64,000 nucleotides of DNA from Microgenomates group bacterium (GCA_049720225.1 JBNASD010000001.1:15162-79161); one strand, 5' to 3'; shown: positions 36,392-50,193, counted from the stretch's first letter. Numbers and translations: made by a program. Notes: generated by a model from the letters alone, not told the origin.

Positions 36392-37348
36392 ATGTCTCAA
36401 CTTAAAGAAAAAACAAAATGGGAAAAATTAATCGACAATTTTTTAGAGGATTTACAAATTTCTCGTCACTACTCTCCCCTAACAATTCGCAATTATTATC
36501 ATTATCTTTCGCGGTTTTCTTTATGGATTAAAAAAAATTTTCCTAAAGTTGAACCAGAGACACTTACTTTAGAAATATTGAAAAAATACCGATTGTTTTT
36601 AGCCAGATTTATCGCACCAAATGGCTCTCCCCTTTCTAGTAGCACTCAAGCTTATCATGTGATAGCTTTACGGTCATTTTTAAAGTGGTTAATTAAGAAC
36701 GATGTTAAGACCTTATCTCCAGAAAAAATTGATGTTCCTAAGATGGGGGGAAGAAGTTTAAAATTTTTGACTACCGAGCAGGTGGAAAGATTACTCTCCC
36801 AACCAAATATTTCTAATTTTCGGGGATTAAGAGATAAGGCAATTTTAGAGGTTCTTTTCTCAACGGGATTACGAGTTTCTGAATTAGTAAAGCTAAATCG
36901 CGACCAAATAGATTTAAAAAGAAGAGAATTTGGGGTAATTGGAAAAGGAGGGAAAGCGCGGGTTGTTTTTCTTTCTCCGCGGGCAGTGAAATGGCTTAAA
37001 AAATATCTAGAGAGTCGATCAGATTCGTGGTCTCCTCTTTTTATTCGGACTTCAGGAAAAGGAATTGCTAAATTTTCCACCGCTGAAGGAGAAAAAATGA
37101 GACTTTCTGTTCGTTCAGTCCAGCGAATTGTGGAAAAATATGTTAAAAAAGCGCGGCTACCAATAAAAATTACCCCTCATGGTTTACGACATAGTTTTGC
37201 TACTGATCTTTTAATGGCGGGAGCAGATCTTCGAAGCGTTCAGGAACTTTTGGGACACAAAAATATTGTCACGACTCAAATTTATACTCATGTGACCAAT
37301 CGGCAGTTAAAGCAAATTTATGATACTTTTCATGGAAAGGGAAAATAA
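36392..37348 (+). CDS. tyrosine site-specific recombinase, XerC/XerD-like
   Basis: 318 aa. N-terminal core-binding domain; catalytic R (GLRVSEL), HGLRHSFAT, LLGH, and the Tyr in TQIYTHV. Confidence 0.85.
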   Translation: MSQLKEKTKWEKLIDNFLEDLQISRHYSPLTIRNYYHYLSRFSLWIKKNFPKVEPETLTLEILKKYRLFLARFIAPNGSPLSSSTQAYHVIALRSFLKWLIKNDVKTLSPEKIDVPKMGGRSLKFLTTEQVERLLSQPNISNFRGLRDKAILEVLFSTGLRVSELVKLNRDQIDLKRREFGVIGKGGKARVVFLSPRAVKWLKKYLESRSDSWSPLFIRTSGKGIAKFSTAEGEKMRLSVRSVQRIVEKYVKKARLPIKITPHGLRHSFATDLLMAGADLRSVQELLGHKNIVTTQIYTHVTNRQLKQIYDTFHGKGK

Positions 37349-37349
37349 A

Positions 37350-39911
37350 TTATTTTTTAAGGCAAGCTACCGCCGCTACTGTATCTTGAGGTTTGGAAAA
37401 ACGCATTAAGATTACTCCTTGGGTATCTCGTCCTAACTGGGGAATATTTTTTAATGGTAGTTTAATTACCTGAGCTTTCTTACTGGTGATAATTACTTGA
37501 TCAACTTCTTCGGTAACTAATTGACAACAGACAACTTTTCCTGTCTTTTCATTAATATTAGCAACTTTTACCCCAATTCCTCCTCTTTTTTGAAGTGGGT
37601 ATTCATTTAAAGAAGTTCTTTTTCCTCTTCCCTTTTCGGTAACCACAAGGATATCTTGGAAATATTTTTTTCGCTTATCTTCGGGTAAGGTTGGGGTAGA
37701 AATTACCTCCATTCCCACTAAATGATCTCCTTCTTTTAAATGAATCCCGGTTACTCCCTGGGTATCTCTTTTGGTTGGTTTAACATCAGTTTCTTTAAAC
37801 TTAATTGATTTTCCATTTTGGGAAACTAAGAAAATTAAATTATTACCAGTAGTAGGTTTTACCCAACGGAGATTATCATTATTTCTTAATTTTACGGCAA
37901 TTATTCCTGACCGGCGAATGTTAGCAAACTCTTCAAGTGGGGTTTTTTTAACTAATCCCTTTTCGGTAGCCATTAACAAATATTTAATTTCCTTTTCTTC
38001 TTTTTGAAGAGGAAGAATTGTTTGGATTTTTTCTTCTGGTTCAATGTTTATTAAATTAATTACCGCTTGTCCTTTTGATTGTCTTGATCCTTCAGGAATT
38101 TCCCAGGCGCGAGTAGAAAAAACTCTTCCTTTGTTGGTAAAAAACAAAATATAGTCATGAGTTTTGCAAGAAAGAAGATAAAGAATTTCGTCTTCTTCTT
38201 TAGTGGTCATTCCACTTACTCCTTTTCCGCCTCTTCTTTGAATTCGGTAGGTGGCCACAGGAAGACGTTTTACATAGCCGCTTTTAGTGACTAAAATTAA
38301 ACAATCCTCATTAGGAATTAAATCTTCTTCCGAAATATCTTCTGCTTCTTGTTGATAAATTTTGGTTTTTCTTTCATCTTGATATTTTTTCTTTAATTCC
38401 ACAAACTCATTTTTCATTACTTCTAGTACTTTTTGGGGGTATTGAAGAATAGCAGTTAATTCTTTAATTTTTTTCATTACCTCTTCGTATTCTTCTTCAA
38501 TTTTTTTCCTTTCCAAGGCGGCTAGTCTTCTTAATTGCATATCTAAAATTGCTTGAGCTTGAATTTCGGTAAGATTGAATTTTTCCATTAAATTTACTTT
38601 GGCAATTTCGGCAGTTTGGGATTTTTTAATGGTTTCAATTACCGCATCGAGATTGTCGAGGGCAATTTTTAATCCCTCTAAAATATGAGCTCTTCTTTTT
38701 GCTTCCTCTAAATCAAATTTAGTTCGGCGAATAATTACTTTTTGTCGATGATTAATAAATTCCCAAAGAATTTGTTTTAAACTTAAAGTCTGAGGAACAC
38801 CATCAACTAATGCCACCATATTAAAAGGAAAAGAAGTTCTTAATTCGGTATGATGATAAAGATTATTAAGGATTGCTTTTGGTCGGGAATTCTTTTTTAA
38901 TTCTAAAACTATTCTTAAACCATGACGATCCGATTCGTCTCTAATTTCGGAGATTCCATTTATTTTTTTATCCCTTACTAATGAAGCGATTTTTGCAATT
39001 AATTGAGCTTTATTAACCTGATAAGGAATTTCACTAATGACAATTCTATATTTTCCTCCTTTTGTTTCTTCAATTTCTGCTTTTCCTTGAACAATAACTT
39101 TTCCTCTTCCTGTCGTATAGGCTTCTAAAAGACTTTTTCGATTATAAATGATTCCTCCAGTAGGAAAATCCGGTCCTTTGATAAATTTCATTAACTGTTC
39201 GGTAGTTGCTTCAGTTTCAAATTTTGCTTGGAGAGCTTTTTTCATTAATTCTTCATCGTTGAGTTCTATCTTTTTTATTTCTTGGTTTTCTTGGGGGGAG
39301 ATAATTTTTCCACTTTCTATTAAATAAATAAGGGCATCCATTACTTCTCCCAAATTGTGAGGAGGAATTTTAGTAGCCATTCCTACCGCAATTCCTTCAG
39401 AACCCATTAAAAGAAGATTGGGAATTTTTGAAGGAAGAAAAACTGGTTCTTTTAAAGTAGCATCAAAGTTATCAATGAAATCAACTGTTTCTTTTTGAAT
39501 ATCAGCCAAGAGTTCCTGAGTGATTGGTGCTAATCTTACTTCGGTATAACGCATTGCTGCTGGAGGATCGCCATCAACCGAACCAAAATTCCCCTGCCCG
39601 TCAATTAAAGGATAACGCATTGAAAAATCTTGCGCTAAACGAACCAAAGCATCATAAATTGCCATATCTCCATGGGGATGGTATTTTCCCATTACTTCTC
39701 CTACAACTTTTGCGCTTTTAGTATATTTTGCTGGATAACTTAGACCCATCTGGTACATCGTATAAAGAATTCGTCGATGAACTGGTTTAAGTCCATCTCT
39801 CACATCTGGTAAAGCACGAGCGACAATTACGCTCATCGCGTAATCTAAATAAGACTTTTTTAATTCTTCGGTTATTTCAACAATTTTAATTTTTCCTAAA
39901 TTTTTATCCAT
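37350..39911 (-). CDS. gyrA: DNA gyrase subunit A
   Basis: 853 aa. [26 protein letters not shown] and C-terminal beta-pinwheel repeats. Confidence 0.95.
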   Translation of the reverse strand: MDKNLGKIKIVEITEELKKSYLDYAMSVIVARALPDVRDGLKPVHRRILYTMYQMGLSYPAKYTKSAKVVGEVMGKYHPHGDMAIYDALVRLAQDFSMRYPLIDGQGNFGSVDGDPPAAMRYTEVRLAPITQELLADIQKETVDFIDNFDATLKEPVFLPSKIPNLLLMGSEGIAVGMATKIPPHNLGEVMDALIYLIESGKIISPQENQEIKKIELNDEELMKKALQAKFETEATTEQLMKFIKGPDFPTGGIIYNRKSLLEAYTTGRGKVIVQGKAEIEETKGGKYRIVISEIPYQVNKAQLIAKIASLVRDKKINGISEIRDESDRHGLRIVLELKKNSRPKAILNNLYHHTELRTSFPFNMVALVDGVPQTLSLKQILWEFINHRQKVIIRRTKFDLEEAKRRAHILEGLKIALDNLDAVIETIKKSQTAEIAKVNLMEKFNLTEIQAQAILDMQLRRLAALERKKIEEEYEEVMKKIKELTAILQYPQKVLEVMKNEFVELKKKYQDERKTKIYQQEAEDISEEDLIPNEDCLILVTKSGYVKRLPVATYRIQRRGGKGVSGMTTKEEDEILYLLSCKTHDYILFFTNKGRVFSTRAWEIPEGSRQSKGQAVINLINIEPEEKIQTILPLQKEEKEIKYLLMATEKGLVKKTPLEEFANIRRSGIIAVKLRNNDNLRWVKPTTGNNLIFLVSQNGKSIKFKETDVKPTKRDTQGVTGIHLKEGDHLVGMEVISTPTLPEDKRKKYFQDILVVTEKGRGKRTSLNEYPLQKRGGIGVKVANINEKTGKVVCCQLVTEEVDQVIITSKKAQVIKLPLKNIPQLGRDTQGVILMRFSKPQDTVAAVACLKK

Positions 39912-39965
39912 TGTTTATTTAATTAAACTACTGATTTAATTAATTAAACAAAAAAATTTAATTAA

Positions 39966-42529
<2,564 letters not shown>

Positions 42530-42572
42530 CCCATTGACATTTTATCATAAATTAATGAATAATTAATTTAAA

Positions 42573-44279
42573 ATGACACCTGCCCGGAATATTGCCGATA
42601 TTTTAGCGGAAAAGGGAGTATTAACTAAAAAAGATCTTGAAAAAGTTAAACTTGAGGAGATAAATACGGGAAAGCCGGTTAAAGAAATTCTTAAAGAATT
42701 TCATCTTGCAGATGAAGAACAAATTGCTCAAGCAGAAGGAGAATTGTGGAAAGTTCCTTATGTGAATTTAGCGGAAACTCCCTTTTCTCCTCAAGCTTTA
42801 AATTTTTTATCTCAAGCGGTAGCGGAAGAATATAATGTAATTCCTTTTCAATTTGACTCTTCAACTAATGAACTTGCTGTCGCTTTAGAAAATCCCCTAG
42901 ATTTAGATTTAATTAAATTTTTAGAAAAAAAGACAGGAACAAAAATAAAACCTCACATTGCTTCCCCTACCCAAATTAAAGAAGCGATTGAATCTCATTA
43001 TGGTCAAAGCTTGGTAGCAGAAATTAAGGCCACTTTGGGAGAAACTAAAGTTACTCCTCAACAACCTCAACCTACTTATATTCCACGACCGGGAGAGGTT
43101 TTGAGGGAAGAAAAAATTGCCCGAGTAGTTAATATTATTTTAGAATTTGCGGTAAAATCGAGAGCGTCTGATATTCATATTGAACCTCAAGAAGAAAATA
43201 CTCGGGTAAGATATCGAATTGACGGCATTCTTCATGAGAAATTGGTTTTACCTAAATATCTTCATGATGCGGTTGTTTCCCGGGTAAAAATTCTTTCGGG
43301 AATGAGAATTGATGAAAAAAGGGTACCTCAGGATGGTCGATTTAGCTTTAAAGCAGAGGATCAGGAAATTGATTTGCGGGTTTCTTCTTTGCCGACTGTC
43401 CATGGAGAGAAGATTGTGATGAGGTTACTTAAAAAAACTGGTCAGGTTCCTGATTTGCCAGAATTAGGCTTAAGAGGAAGGGCCTTAAAAGATTTACAAG
43501 AAGCAATTTTAAGACCTCACGGAATTATTATTGTTTGCGGACCTACCGGTTCAGGAAAGACGACTACCCTATATTCAGTTCTTTCGCGAATTAATACTCC
43601 CCGCGTAAATATTATTACTTTGGAAGATCCCGTGGAATACGAAATTCCCGGCGTTAATCAAGTTCAAGTTAATCCGGCGGCGGGTTTAACTTTTGCTTCG
43701 GGAATGCGCTCTTTTTTGCGGCAAGATCCTAACATTATTATGGTAGGAGAAATTAGAGATCGAGAAACTACGGAATTAGCGGTTCAGGCTTCTTTAACTG
43801 GACATTTGGTTTTTTCTACTCTTCACACTAACAATGCTGCTCAGGCAATTCCTCGCCTTTTGGATTTAGGAGCAGAACCATTTTTACTTGCTTCCTCAGT
43901 TACCTGTTTAGTGGCTCAGCGAATTTGTCGAAGAATTTGTCCAGATTGTAAGGAAGAATATTCTCCTCCACCAGAAGTAATTGAAGATATTAAAAAAGTC
44001 TTAGGAAAACTTTTTCCTCCTCAAAAAGAAACAAAACTTTATCGGGGTAAAAAATGCGCTACCTGTAACAACACAGGTTATTTAGGAAGGATAGGAATTT
44101 TTGAAGTATTGCCAATTAGTGAAAAAATTGCTAGACTGATTTTAGAAAGAGCGTCTGCCCGAGAGATTGAAAAACAGGCAAGAGAAGAAGGGATGGTTAC
44201 TATGAAGCAAGATGGATATTTAAAAGTTTTAGAGGGGATTACTACTATTGAAGAAGTTTTAAGGGTAGCGCAAGAGTAA
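42573..44279 (+). CDS. pilB: type IV pilus assembly ATPase PilB/GspE
   Basis: N-terminal GSPII_E_N domain, Walker A GPTGSGKTTT, tetracysteine CRRICPDCK...CATCNNTG. Confidence 0.9.
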   Translation: MTPARNIADILAEKGVLTKKDLEKVKLEEINTGKPVKEILKEFHLADEEQIAQAEGELWKVPYVNLAETPFSPQALNFLSQAVAEEYNVIPFQFDSSTNELAVALENPLDLDLIKFLEKKTGTKIKPHIASPTQIKEAIESHYGQSLVAEIKATLGETKVTPQQPQPTYIPRPGEVLREEKIARVVNIILEFAVKSRASDIHIEPQEENTRVRYRIDGILHEKLVLPKYLHDAVVSRVKILSGMRIDEKRVPQDGRFSFKAEDQEIDLRVSSLPTVHGEKIVMRLLKKTGQVPDLPELGLRGRALKDLQEAILRPHGIIIVCGPTGSGKTTTLYSVLSRINTPRVNIITLEDPVEYEIPGVNQVQVNPAAGLTFASGMRSFLRQDPNIIMVGEIRDRETTELAVQASLTGHLVFSTLHTNNAAQAIPRLLDLGAEPFLLASSVTCLVAQRICRRICPDCKEEYSPPPEVIEDIKKVLGKLFPPQKETKLYRGKKCATCNNTGYLGRIGIFEVLPISEKIARLILERASAREIEKQAREEGMVTMKQDGYLKVLEGITTIEEVLRVAQE

Positions 44280-44281
44280 AA

Positions 44282-45337
44282 ATGAAAATAGAAGAATTAC
44301 TAGAAATAACCATCAATAAAAAAGCGTCTGATCTTCATTTAATTGTTGGCTTGCCTCCTACTGTAAGGGTAAATGGAGAATTATTTTCTATACCGGGAAA
44401 GGAGACTTTAACGGAAAGTTTAGTAAAGGATCTGATTTTTAGCATTTTAAGCGAAGAACAAAAAGAAATTCTTTTAGTTAATAAAGAACTGGACTTTTCT
44501 TTTGATTATCAAGGGAGAGGAAGGTTTAGAGTTAACGCTTATCATCAAAAAGGAACATTAGCGGCGGCGTTTCGTCTTTTGCCCCCCACCATTCCTTCCA
44601 TTAAAGAAGTAAATCTTCCGGATATTTGTTATTCTTTTGCCGAACTAAAACAAGGATTTATTTTAGTTACTGGACCCACGGGTCATGGAAAATCAACTAC
44701 TCTTGCAGCCACCATTGAGGAAATTAATAAAAATAGACCGGTGCATATAGTCACTATTGAGGATCCTATCGAATATGTTTTTTGTCCCAAGAAAGCAATT
44801 ATTTCTCAGAGAGAGATTCGGACTGATACCCATTCCTGGCAAATTGCCTTACGGTCTTGTTTGCGTGAGGATCCAGACGTGGTAATGATTGGCGAAATGA
44901 GAGATTACGAAACGATTGCCTCTGCCTTAACTATTGCCGAAACGGGTCATTTGGTTTTTGCTACCCTTCACACTAATTCTGCGGCTCAAACGGTGGATAG
45001 AATTATTGATGTTTTTCCTGAAGAACAACAGACTCAAGTAAGGATGCAACTTTCTAATACTTTAGAAGCAATTCTTTCTCAAAGACTCTTGCCTTGTCTA
45101 GATGGAGGAAGAATTCCTGCTTTTGAAATCTTAACCGCTACACCAGCGGTAAGGACCGCTATTCGTGAAGGAAAAACCCATCTTATTGATAATATTATTC
45201 AAACTTCAGTAGAGTTAGGAATGAGAACTTTAGAAATGGATCTAGCTTGGTTAGTTAAACAGGGAAAAATTGATTTAGAAACCGCAAAAGCGTATGCCTT
45301 AAAGCCAGAAGAACTAATACGGTTAGTTAGGAAATAA
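44282..45337 (+). CDS. pilT: twitching-motility retraction ATPase PilT
   Basis: 351 aa. GPTGHGKSTT; the TIEDPIEY, AIRE-like region. Confidence 0.9.
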   Translation: MKIEELLEITINKKASDLHLIVGLPPTVRVNGELFSIPGKETLTESLVKDLIFSILSEEQKEILLVNKELDFSFDYQGRGRFRVNAYHQKGTLAAAFRLLPPTIPSIKEVNLPDICYSFAELKQGFILVTGPTGHGKSTTLAATIEEINKNRPVHIVTIEDPIEYVFCPKKAIISQREIRTDTHSWQIALRSCLREDPDVVMIGEMRDYETIASALTIAETGHLVFATLHTNSAAQTVDRIIDVFPEEQQTQVRMQLSNTLEAILSQRLLPCLDGGRIPAFEILTATPAVRTAIREGKTHLIDNIIQTSVELGMRTLEMDLAWLVKQGKIDLETAKAYALKPEELIRLVRK

Positions 45338-45339
45338 AA

Positions 45340-46545
45340 ATGGAAAAATTTGATTACAAAGCTAAAGATGAAAGTGGAAAAACAATTCAGGGAGTAGTTG
45401 AAGCGTCGTCAGAGAAAGAAGCAGTTAAAATTCTCCGCGCTCGTAAGCTTCTGGTAATTTCTTTAAAACAAAAAAAAATAAATGCTATCGAAGAACTTCG
45501 TGAAAGAGCTTTTTCAAGAATCAGTTTAAACGATAAAGTTAATTTTACGCGTCAATTTTCAACAATGATTACTGCCGGTCTTCATATTACCGAGGCGTTG
45601 GAAATTTTAGAACTTCAATCCCCTCCAGGATTAAGAAGAGTGGTTAGAGAAGTATTAAAAGATATTGAAGGAGGAAAGAGTTTGTCCCAAGCAATAGAAA
45701 AACATCCAGAAGCATTTGATACTCTTTATGTGTCTTTGGTAAAAGCAGGAGAAACCGCTGGAGTTTTGGAAAAGGTTTTGTCTCGCTTAGCAGATAATAT
45801 GGAGAAACAAAAAGAATTTCAGGGGAAGGTAAAGGGAGCAATGATATATCCAGCGATTGTAATTTTTGGAATGATTATAGTGGCGGGAATTATGGTAATT
45901 TTTGTTTTACCAAAAATGATGACTATTTATGAAGAATTTCAGGCACAACTTCCTACTTCGACAAAAATCCTTTTAGCCATTTCTAAATTCGCTACTAAAT
46001 TTTGGTGGTTAATGTTAGCTTTTGTTTTTGGCGGAATAATTGGATTAAGAATTCTTTTTCGAAGCCCAGAATTCAAAAAAGAATTTGATCGATTTTTGTT
46101 TCGAATACCAATTATTGGTAATTTAAGACAGAAGTCGGTTTTAACAGAATTTACCCGTACTTTAGGATTATTAACTAACGCAGGAATTTTAATTGTTGAT
46201 GCTTTACATGTTGCTTCCCGATCTTTGGGAAGTAAATTTTACCAAGAGGCAGTTTTAAAAGCAGCAGATCAAGTGGAAAGAGGAGTACCTTTAGCAACTG
46301 CCTTAGCAGAAATAGGTATTTTCCCCCCCATTTTGCCGCAAATGATTTCCGTAGGAGAAGAAACAGGAAAAATCGATGAGGTTTTGTTTAAAATTTCTCA
46401 TTATTTTGAGCAAGAAACCGAAGCGGCAATTAAAGCCTTGACAAGCGCCATGGAGCCAATTATTATGATTATATTAGGAATTGGAGTGGCATTCTTAATG
46501 ATTTCAGTAATAATGCCAATTTATAACTTAACCTCGCAATTCTAA
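45340..46545 (+). CDS. pilC: type IV pilus platform protein PilC/GspF
   Basis: 401 aa, two GspF repeats, 3 TM. Confidence 0.9.
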   Translation: MEKFDYKAKDESGKTIQGVVEASSEKEAVKILRARKLLVISLKQKKINAIEELRERAFSRISLNDKVNFTRQFSTMITAGLHITEALEILELQSPPGLRRVVREVLKDIEGGKSLSQAIEKHPEAFDTLYVSLVKAGETAGVLEKVLSRLADNMEKQKEFQGKVKGAMIYPAIVIFGMIIVAGIMVIFVLPKMMTIYEEFQAQLPTSTKILLAISKFATKFWWLMLAFVFGGIIGLRILFRSPEFKKEFDRFLFRIPIIGNLRQKSVLTEFTRTLGLLTNAGILIVDALHVASRSLGSKFYQEAVLKAADQVERGVPLATALAEIGIFPPILPQMISVGEETGKIDEVLFKISHYFEQETEAAIKALTSAMEPIIMIILGIGVAFLMISVIMPIYNLTSQF

Positions 46546-46627
46546 ATTAGGCCTTGACAAAGAAGATTTAAAAATTATAAAAAGATTTATAAGAAAAAAT
46601 GATAAAGAAAGGAGGTGAGAAAAAAGA

Positions 46628-47188
46628 ATGAAAAAAGTAAAAGGTTTTACCATGATTGAGTTGTTGATTGTAATTGCGGTTTTAGGAATTTTAGCAGTAG
46701 CTGTTTTAGCAGCTATTAATCCTATAGAACAAATAAATCGAAGTAGAGATACTGGGAGTCGTTCTGATGCGGAACAACTTATAGGGGCTATTGACCGCTT
46801 CTACACCGCTAATGGTTATTATCCTTGGGTTGATAGTGCCGATAACCCTGATTATGATCAACCATGGAGAAAAGTAGATATGACTTGGGTAGATAATTTA
46901 GGAAATTCTGTACTTACCAAACTTTCTGATCCTACTCAAGGAACAGCAGAAATTAAAGAATCGTTTGTGGATAGAATTACTGATTCAGAATATAATTCAC
47001 TTTATATTTATAACAACGGTCAACAGGGAGGAAGTACTTATGTCTGTTTTATGCCAAAATCTGCTAACTTTTTGAATGAGGCCAACAGGAGAGCGGGACA
47101 AAATTGTGCTGGATTGCCACCCGATTTACAAACAGCAGGGTGTGACAATATTTGCCCGGGCGGAAAGTGCTTTTCATGTTTGCCATAA
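46628..47188 (+). CDS. prepilin-type pilin (186 aa)
   Basis: Class III signal KGFTMIELLIVIAVLGILA (G/F cleavage, Glu+5). Six Cys at the C-terminus. Confidence 0.8.
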   Translation: MKKVKGFTMIELLIVIAVLGILAVAVLAAINPIEQINRSRDTGSRSDAEQLIGAIDRFYTANGYYPWVDSADNPDYDQPWRKVDMTWVDNLGNSVLTKLSDPTQGTAEIKESFVDRITDSEYNSLYIYNNGQQGGSTYVCFMPKSANFLNEANRRAGQNCAGLPPDLQTAGCDNICPGGKCFSCLP

Positions 47189-47247
47189 AATCTGGAAAAG
47201 AATAAAGGCGAGAAAGAAGACTTAGTTGAATAATTAATAATCAAAGA

Positions 47248-48030
47248 ATGACTTTCTCTTTACCATTAGTATTGTGTGTCTTGGGGCTTTGTGTAGGAAG
47301 TTTTGTTAATTGCTTAGTTTGGCGGCTACATCAGGGATTATCGCCAATTGGGGGGAGGTCGATTTGTCCGTCTTGTAAAAAACAGATTCGTTGGTATGAT
47401 AATATTCCGTTGGTTTCTTTTGTGTTGCTTAAAGGGCGGTGTCGAGATTGTCATTCGCCTATCCCCTATCATTATCCGTTAGTGGAATTATCTGGTGGAA
47501 TTTTAACTTTAATAGTTTTTTATTCTCAAGGAATTTTTCTGAAGGAGAATTTTTTGTTTTTAATTTTCAATTTATTAATTACTTACCTTCTTTTGGCAAT
47601 TTTTCTTTCTGACTTGCTTTATATGACTATCCCTGACCAAATAGTTTTCTCAGGAATAATAATTTCTTTAGTTTTTTTATTTTTAACATATCCCCTTTCA
47701 GAAATTTTTAAGTTTTTAATTTCTGGTTTTGTTTTTGCTGGATTTTTTTATTTATTGCGTTTATTTACCAAAGGCAAAGGAATGGGTTTAGGGGATGTAA
47801 AATTAGCTGGATTAATGGGTTTAGTTTTAGGTTGGCCAAAAATTTTGGTTGCTTTTTATTTTGCCTTCTTGACAGGAGCAATCGTTGGTGTCATACTGAT
47901 TTTATTAAGAAAAAAAAGGTGGGGTGAACATATTCCATTTGGGCCATTTCTAAGTGGAGCAACTTTTATTAATTTAATTTGGGGAAATGAAATATTAAAA
48001 TGGGCAGAAAAAATTTTGGGCTTACTTTAA
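47248..48030 (+). CDS. pilD: prepilin peptidase PilD (A24) with N-terminal Zn-binding CxxC...CxxC
   Basis: CPSCKKQ...CRDCHSPI; multi-TM; the DxxxGxGD region (GMGLGDVKLAG). Confidence 0.85.
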   Translation: MTFSLPLVLCVLGLCVGSFVNCLVWRLHQGLSPIGGRSICPSCKKQIRWYDNIPLVSFVLLKGRCRDCHSPIPYHYPLVELSGGILTLIVFYSQGIFLKENFLFLIFNLLITYLLLAIFLSDLLYMTIPDQIVFSGIIISLVFLFLTYPLSEIFKFLISGFVFAGFFYLLRLFTKGKGMGLGDVKLAGLMGLVLGWPKILVAFYFAFLTGAIVGVILILLRKKRWGEHIPFGPFLSGATFINLIWGNEILKWAEKILGLL

Positions 48031-48797
48031 TAGAACTATTAATAGTACTCGCTACGTTAGCAATTTTAATTACGTTATCTTTTTTTACTTTTAAAACCCA
48101 AATGGCCAAAGGTAGAGATGGTCGACGAAAGGCGGATTTAAATAAACTTCAGAAAGCATTAGAAGATTATATGAATGACCATGGCTGTTATCCTAATCCT
48201 GAGGAAATTACTACCAACAATATTATTTGTGGCGGATCGTTCTCTCCTTATTTAACTCAACTCCCTTGTGATCCGATTAATAATTCTTACTATAATTTTT
48301 TTTATTCCTATGATCAGAGAGAAGATTGTAAAACGTGGTATAAAATTTACGCAAAGTTTGAATACGACAAAGATTTAATTATCGAAAAAGTTGGTTGTAA
48401 AAATGGATGTGGACCGGTTAAAAATTATAATTATTGGGTTTCTAGTCCTAATATGACTGAAGTTAATCAGATTGCCGAAGCAGAAGATTGGTGGCCAAAA
48501 GAAATAGCCGTTAAAAATACGTTAGTAACACCGTCTTCTTCTATTTCGCCTTCCTTAACTCCATCTTTTACAGCAACGCCTACTTTATTTTCGACTCCCT
48601 CTCTTATTCTTACTCCTCCTTTAATTTGTGATTCTGGCTATTACTCTTATTGCCAAAACGGAGATTGTATATATTATGGAACAATGCCCCCCCTTCACTG
48701 TAATATTTATTATTGCTGTATAGGAGAAAATAATTGTAATTGTGCTCAGGGGGCGTGTAGAAATGAATTTGGTCAACCGATAAATAATTGCTATTAA
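48000..48797 (+). CDS. prepilin-type pilin with S/T/P-rich linker and Cys-rich C-terminal module (candidate tip adhesin)
   Basis: GLTLIELLIVLATLAIL signal; a pilin core YKIYAKFEYDKD; a TLVTPSSSISPSLTPSFTATPTLFSTPSLILTPP linker; then ICDSGYYSYCQNGDCIYYGT...CCIGENNCNCAQGACRNEF...NNCY. It overlaps the pilD 3' end by 31 nt. Confidence 0.7.
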   Translation: MGRKNFGLTLIELLIVLATLAILITLSFFTFKTQMAKGRDGRRKADLNKLQKALEDYMNDHGCYPNPEEITTNNIICGGSFSPYLTQLPCDPINNSYYNFFYSYDQREDCKTWYKIYAKFEYDKDLIIEKVGCKNGCGPVKNYNYWVSSPNMTEVNQIAEAEDWWPKEIAVKNTLVTPSSSISPSLTPSFTATPTLFSTPSLILTPPLICDSGYYSYCQNGDCIYYGTMPPLHCNIYYCCIGENNCNCAQGACRNEFGQPINNCY

Positions 48798-48812
48798 TAA
48801 ATAAATAAAAAT

Positions 48813-49259
48813 ATGGAAAATAATCAAGATAAAGGCTTTACTTTAATTGAACTTTTGGTGGTAATTACAATTTTAGGAATTTTAGCGGTGATTGGTTTGG
48901 GAAGTTTTTCTTCTTCACAAATGAAAGGACGAGATGCTCAAAGAAAAAACGATCTTTCCCAAATTCAAAAAGCCTTAGAAATGTATTACAATGATAATGG
49001 ATCTTATCCTTTAACCAATCAAATGCAAACACTTTTAAACACCGGTGGGTCATGGACAGCCGCCGGAGGAAGTACTATTTATATGAAAACTGTACCTAAA
49101 GGACCAAAAGGAGATGTTTATTGTTATGAAAGTGATGGAAGTTATTATAGACTTTATGCTAAACTGGAAAATGTGAGAGATCCAAAAATTATTACACCGC
49201 AAAGTAGTATATGCGCTAGTTATAATTACGGAGTTTCCAGTAGTAACATAACGCCATGA
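48813..49259 (+). CDS. prepilin-type pilin paralog A
   Basis: [19 protein letters not shown]; shared core [27 protein letters not shown]; Cys pair. Confidence 0.8.
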   Translation: MENNQDKGFTLIELLVVITILGILAVIGLGSFSSSQMKGRDAQRKNDLSQIQKALEMYYNDNGSYPLTNQMQTLLNTGGSWTAAGGSTIYMKTVPKGPKGDVYCYESDGSYYRLYAKLENVRDPKIITPQSSICASYNYGVSSSNITP

Positions 49260-49332
49260 ATAAAAAATTTTTAACCAAAAAAGGTTTTACTTTAATTGAA
49301 CTTTTAGTGGTGATTTCTATTATTGGGATTTT
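49256..49332 (+). repeat. 77-nt direct repeat (pilin 5' end), second copy at 49756..49832, 76/77 identical
   Basis: Direct comparison: ATGAATAAAAAATTTTTAAC[C/A]AAAAAAGGTTTTACTTTAATTGAACTTTTAGTGGTGATTTCTATTATTGGGATTTT. Confidence 0.9.
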
Positions 49333-49735
49333 AACCGCTTTAATTATGGTTAATTTTAATGCTGCTCGAGAAAGAGCAAGAGATGCTCAAAGAAAATCGG
49401 ATTTGGATCAAATTAAAAAGGCATTGAGGATGTATTATAATGATTTCGGAGTTTACCCTCAGAATGATTCAAGTAATAAAATTAGAGGATGTAATCCGTT
49501 AGTGACTTTTAATTGGGGAACTCCATTTACCTGTGGCGGGATGAGTTATATGAAAATTCTTCCTCAAGATCCTAGTGAGGGAAGAACTTATAAATATCTT
49601 CAAACATCTTCGGGTAATGATTTTTGCTTATGGACTACATTAGAAAACAAATCAGATGGTGATATTAATAAATCTAAAAACCGCTGTTTAAATTGTTCTG
49701 TAGGAACATATGATTACGTGGTATGTGCAGATTAA
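49256..49735 (+). CDS. prepilin-type pilin paralog B
   Basis: [26 protein letters not shown]. The ATG overlaps the upstream TGA (ATGA). Core [27 protein letters not shown]. Confidence 0.8.
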   Translation: MNKKFLTKKGFTLIELLVVISIIGILTALIMVNFNAARERARDAQRKSDLDQIKKALRMYYNDFGVYPQNDSSNKIRGCNPLVTFNWGTPFTCGGMSYMKILPQDPSEGRTYKYLQTSSGNDFCLWTTLENKSDGDINKSKNRCLNCSVGTYDYVVCAD

Positions 49736-49755
49736 TTTTAAAAAAAATTTAAAAG

Positions 49756-50193
49756 ATGAATAAAAAATTTTTAACAAAAAAAGGTTTTACTTTAATTGAA
49801 CTTTTAGTGGTGATTTCTATTATTGGGATTTTGGCTTCATTAGCTTTAGCGAGTTACAGCAGTGCTCAAAAACAAGCCCGTGATGCCCAAAGAAAAAGTG
49901 ATTTAAATCAATATAGAATTGCTTTAGAAAATTATGCGGTAGCTAATAATGGCCTTTATCCAATTTTGACTTATCCTAATCCGATAGGAAATATTTGCCC
50001 CTCCCCTCTTAGCGGTAAATTTATTAGTAGTTGTATTGATGATCCTTTGTCAGATAGAAACTATTATTACGGCTCAAACGGGACAATATATATTCTTTAT
50101 GCTAATTTAGAAAAAGGAGGTTATTGGTATATTTGTTCTAATGGAAAATCAGGAGAGGTTTCTTCCTCTCCAAATTTAAATCTTTGCCAATGA
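49756..50193 (+). CDS. prepilin-type pilin paralog C
   Basis: The first 77 nt are identical to paralog B except for 1 nt. Core [19 protein letters not shown]. Confidence 0.8.
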   Translation: MNKKFLTKKGFTLIELLVVISIIGILASLALASYSSAQKQARDAQRKSDLNQYRIALENYAVANNGLYPILTYPNPIGNICPSPLSGKFISSCIDDPLSDRNYYYGSNGTIYILYANLEKGGYWYICSNGKSGEVSSSPNLNLCQ

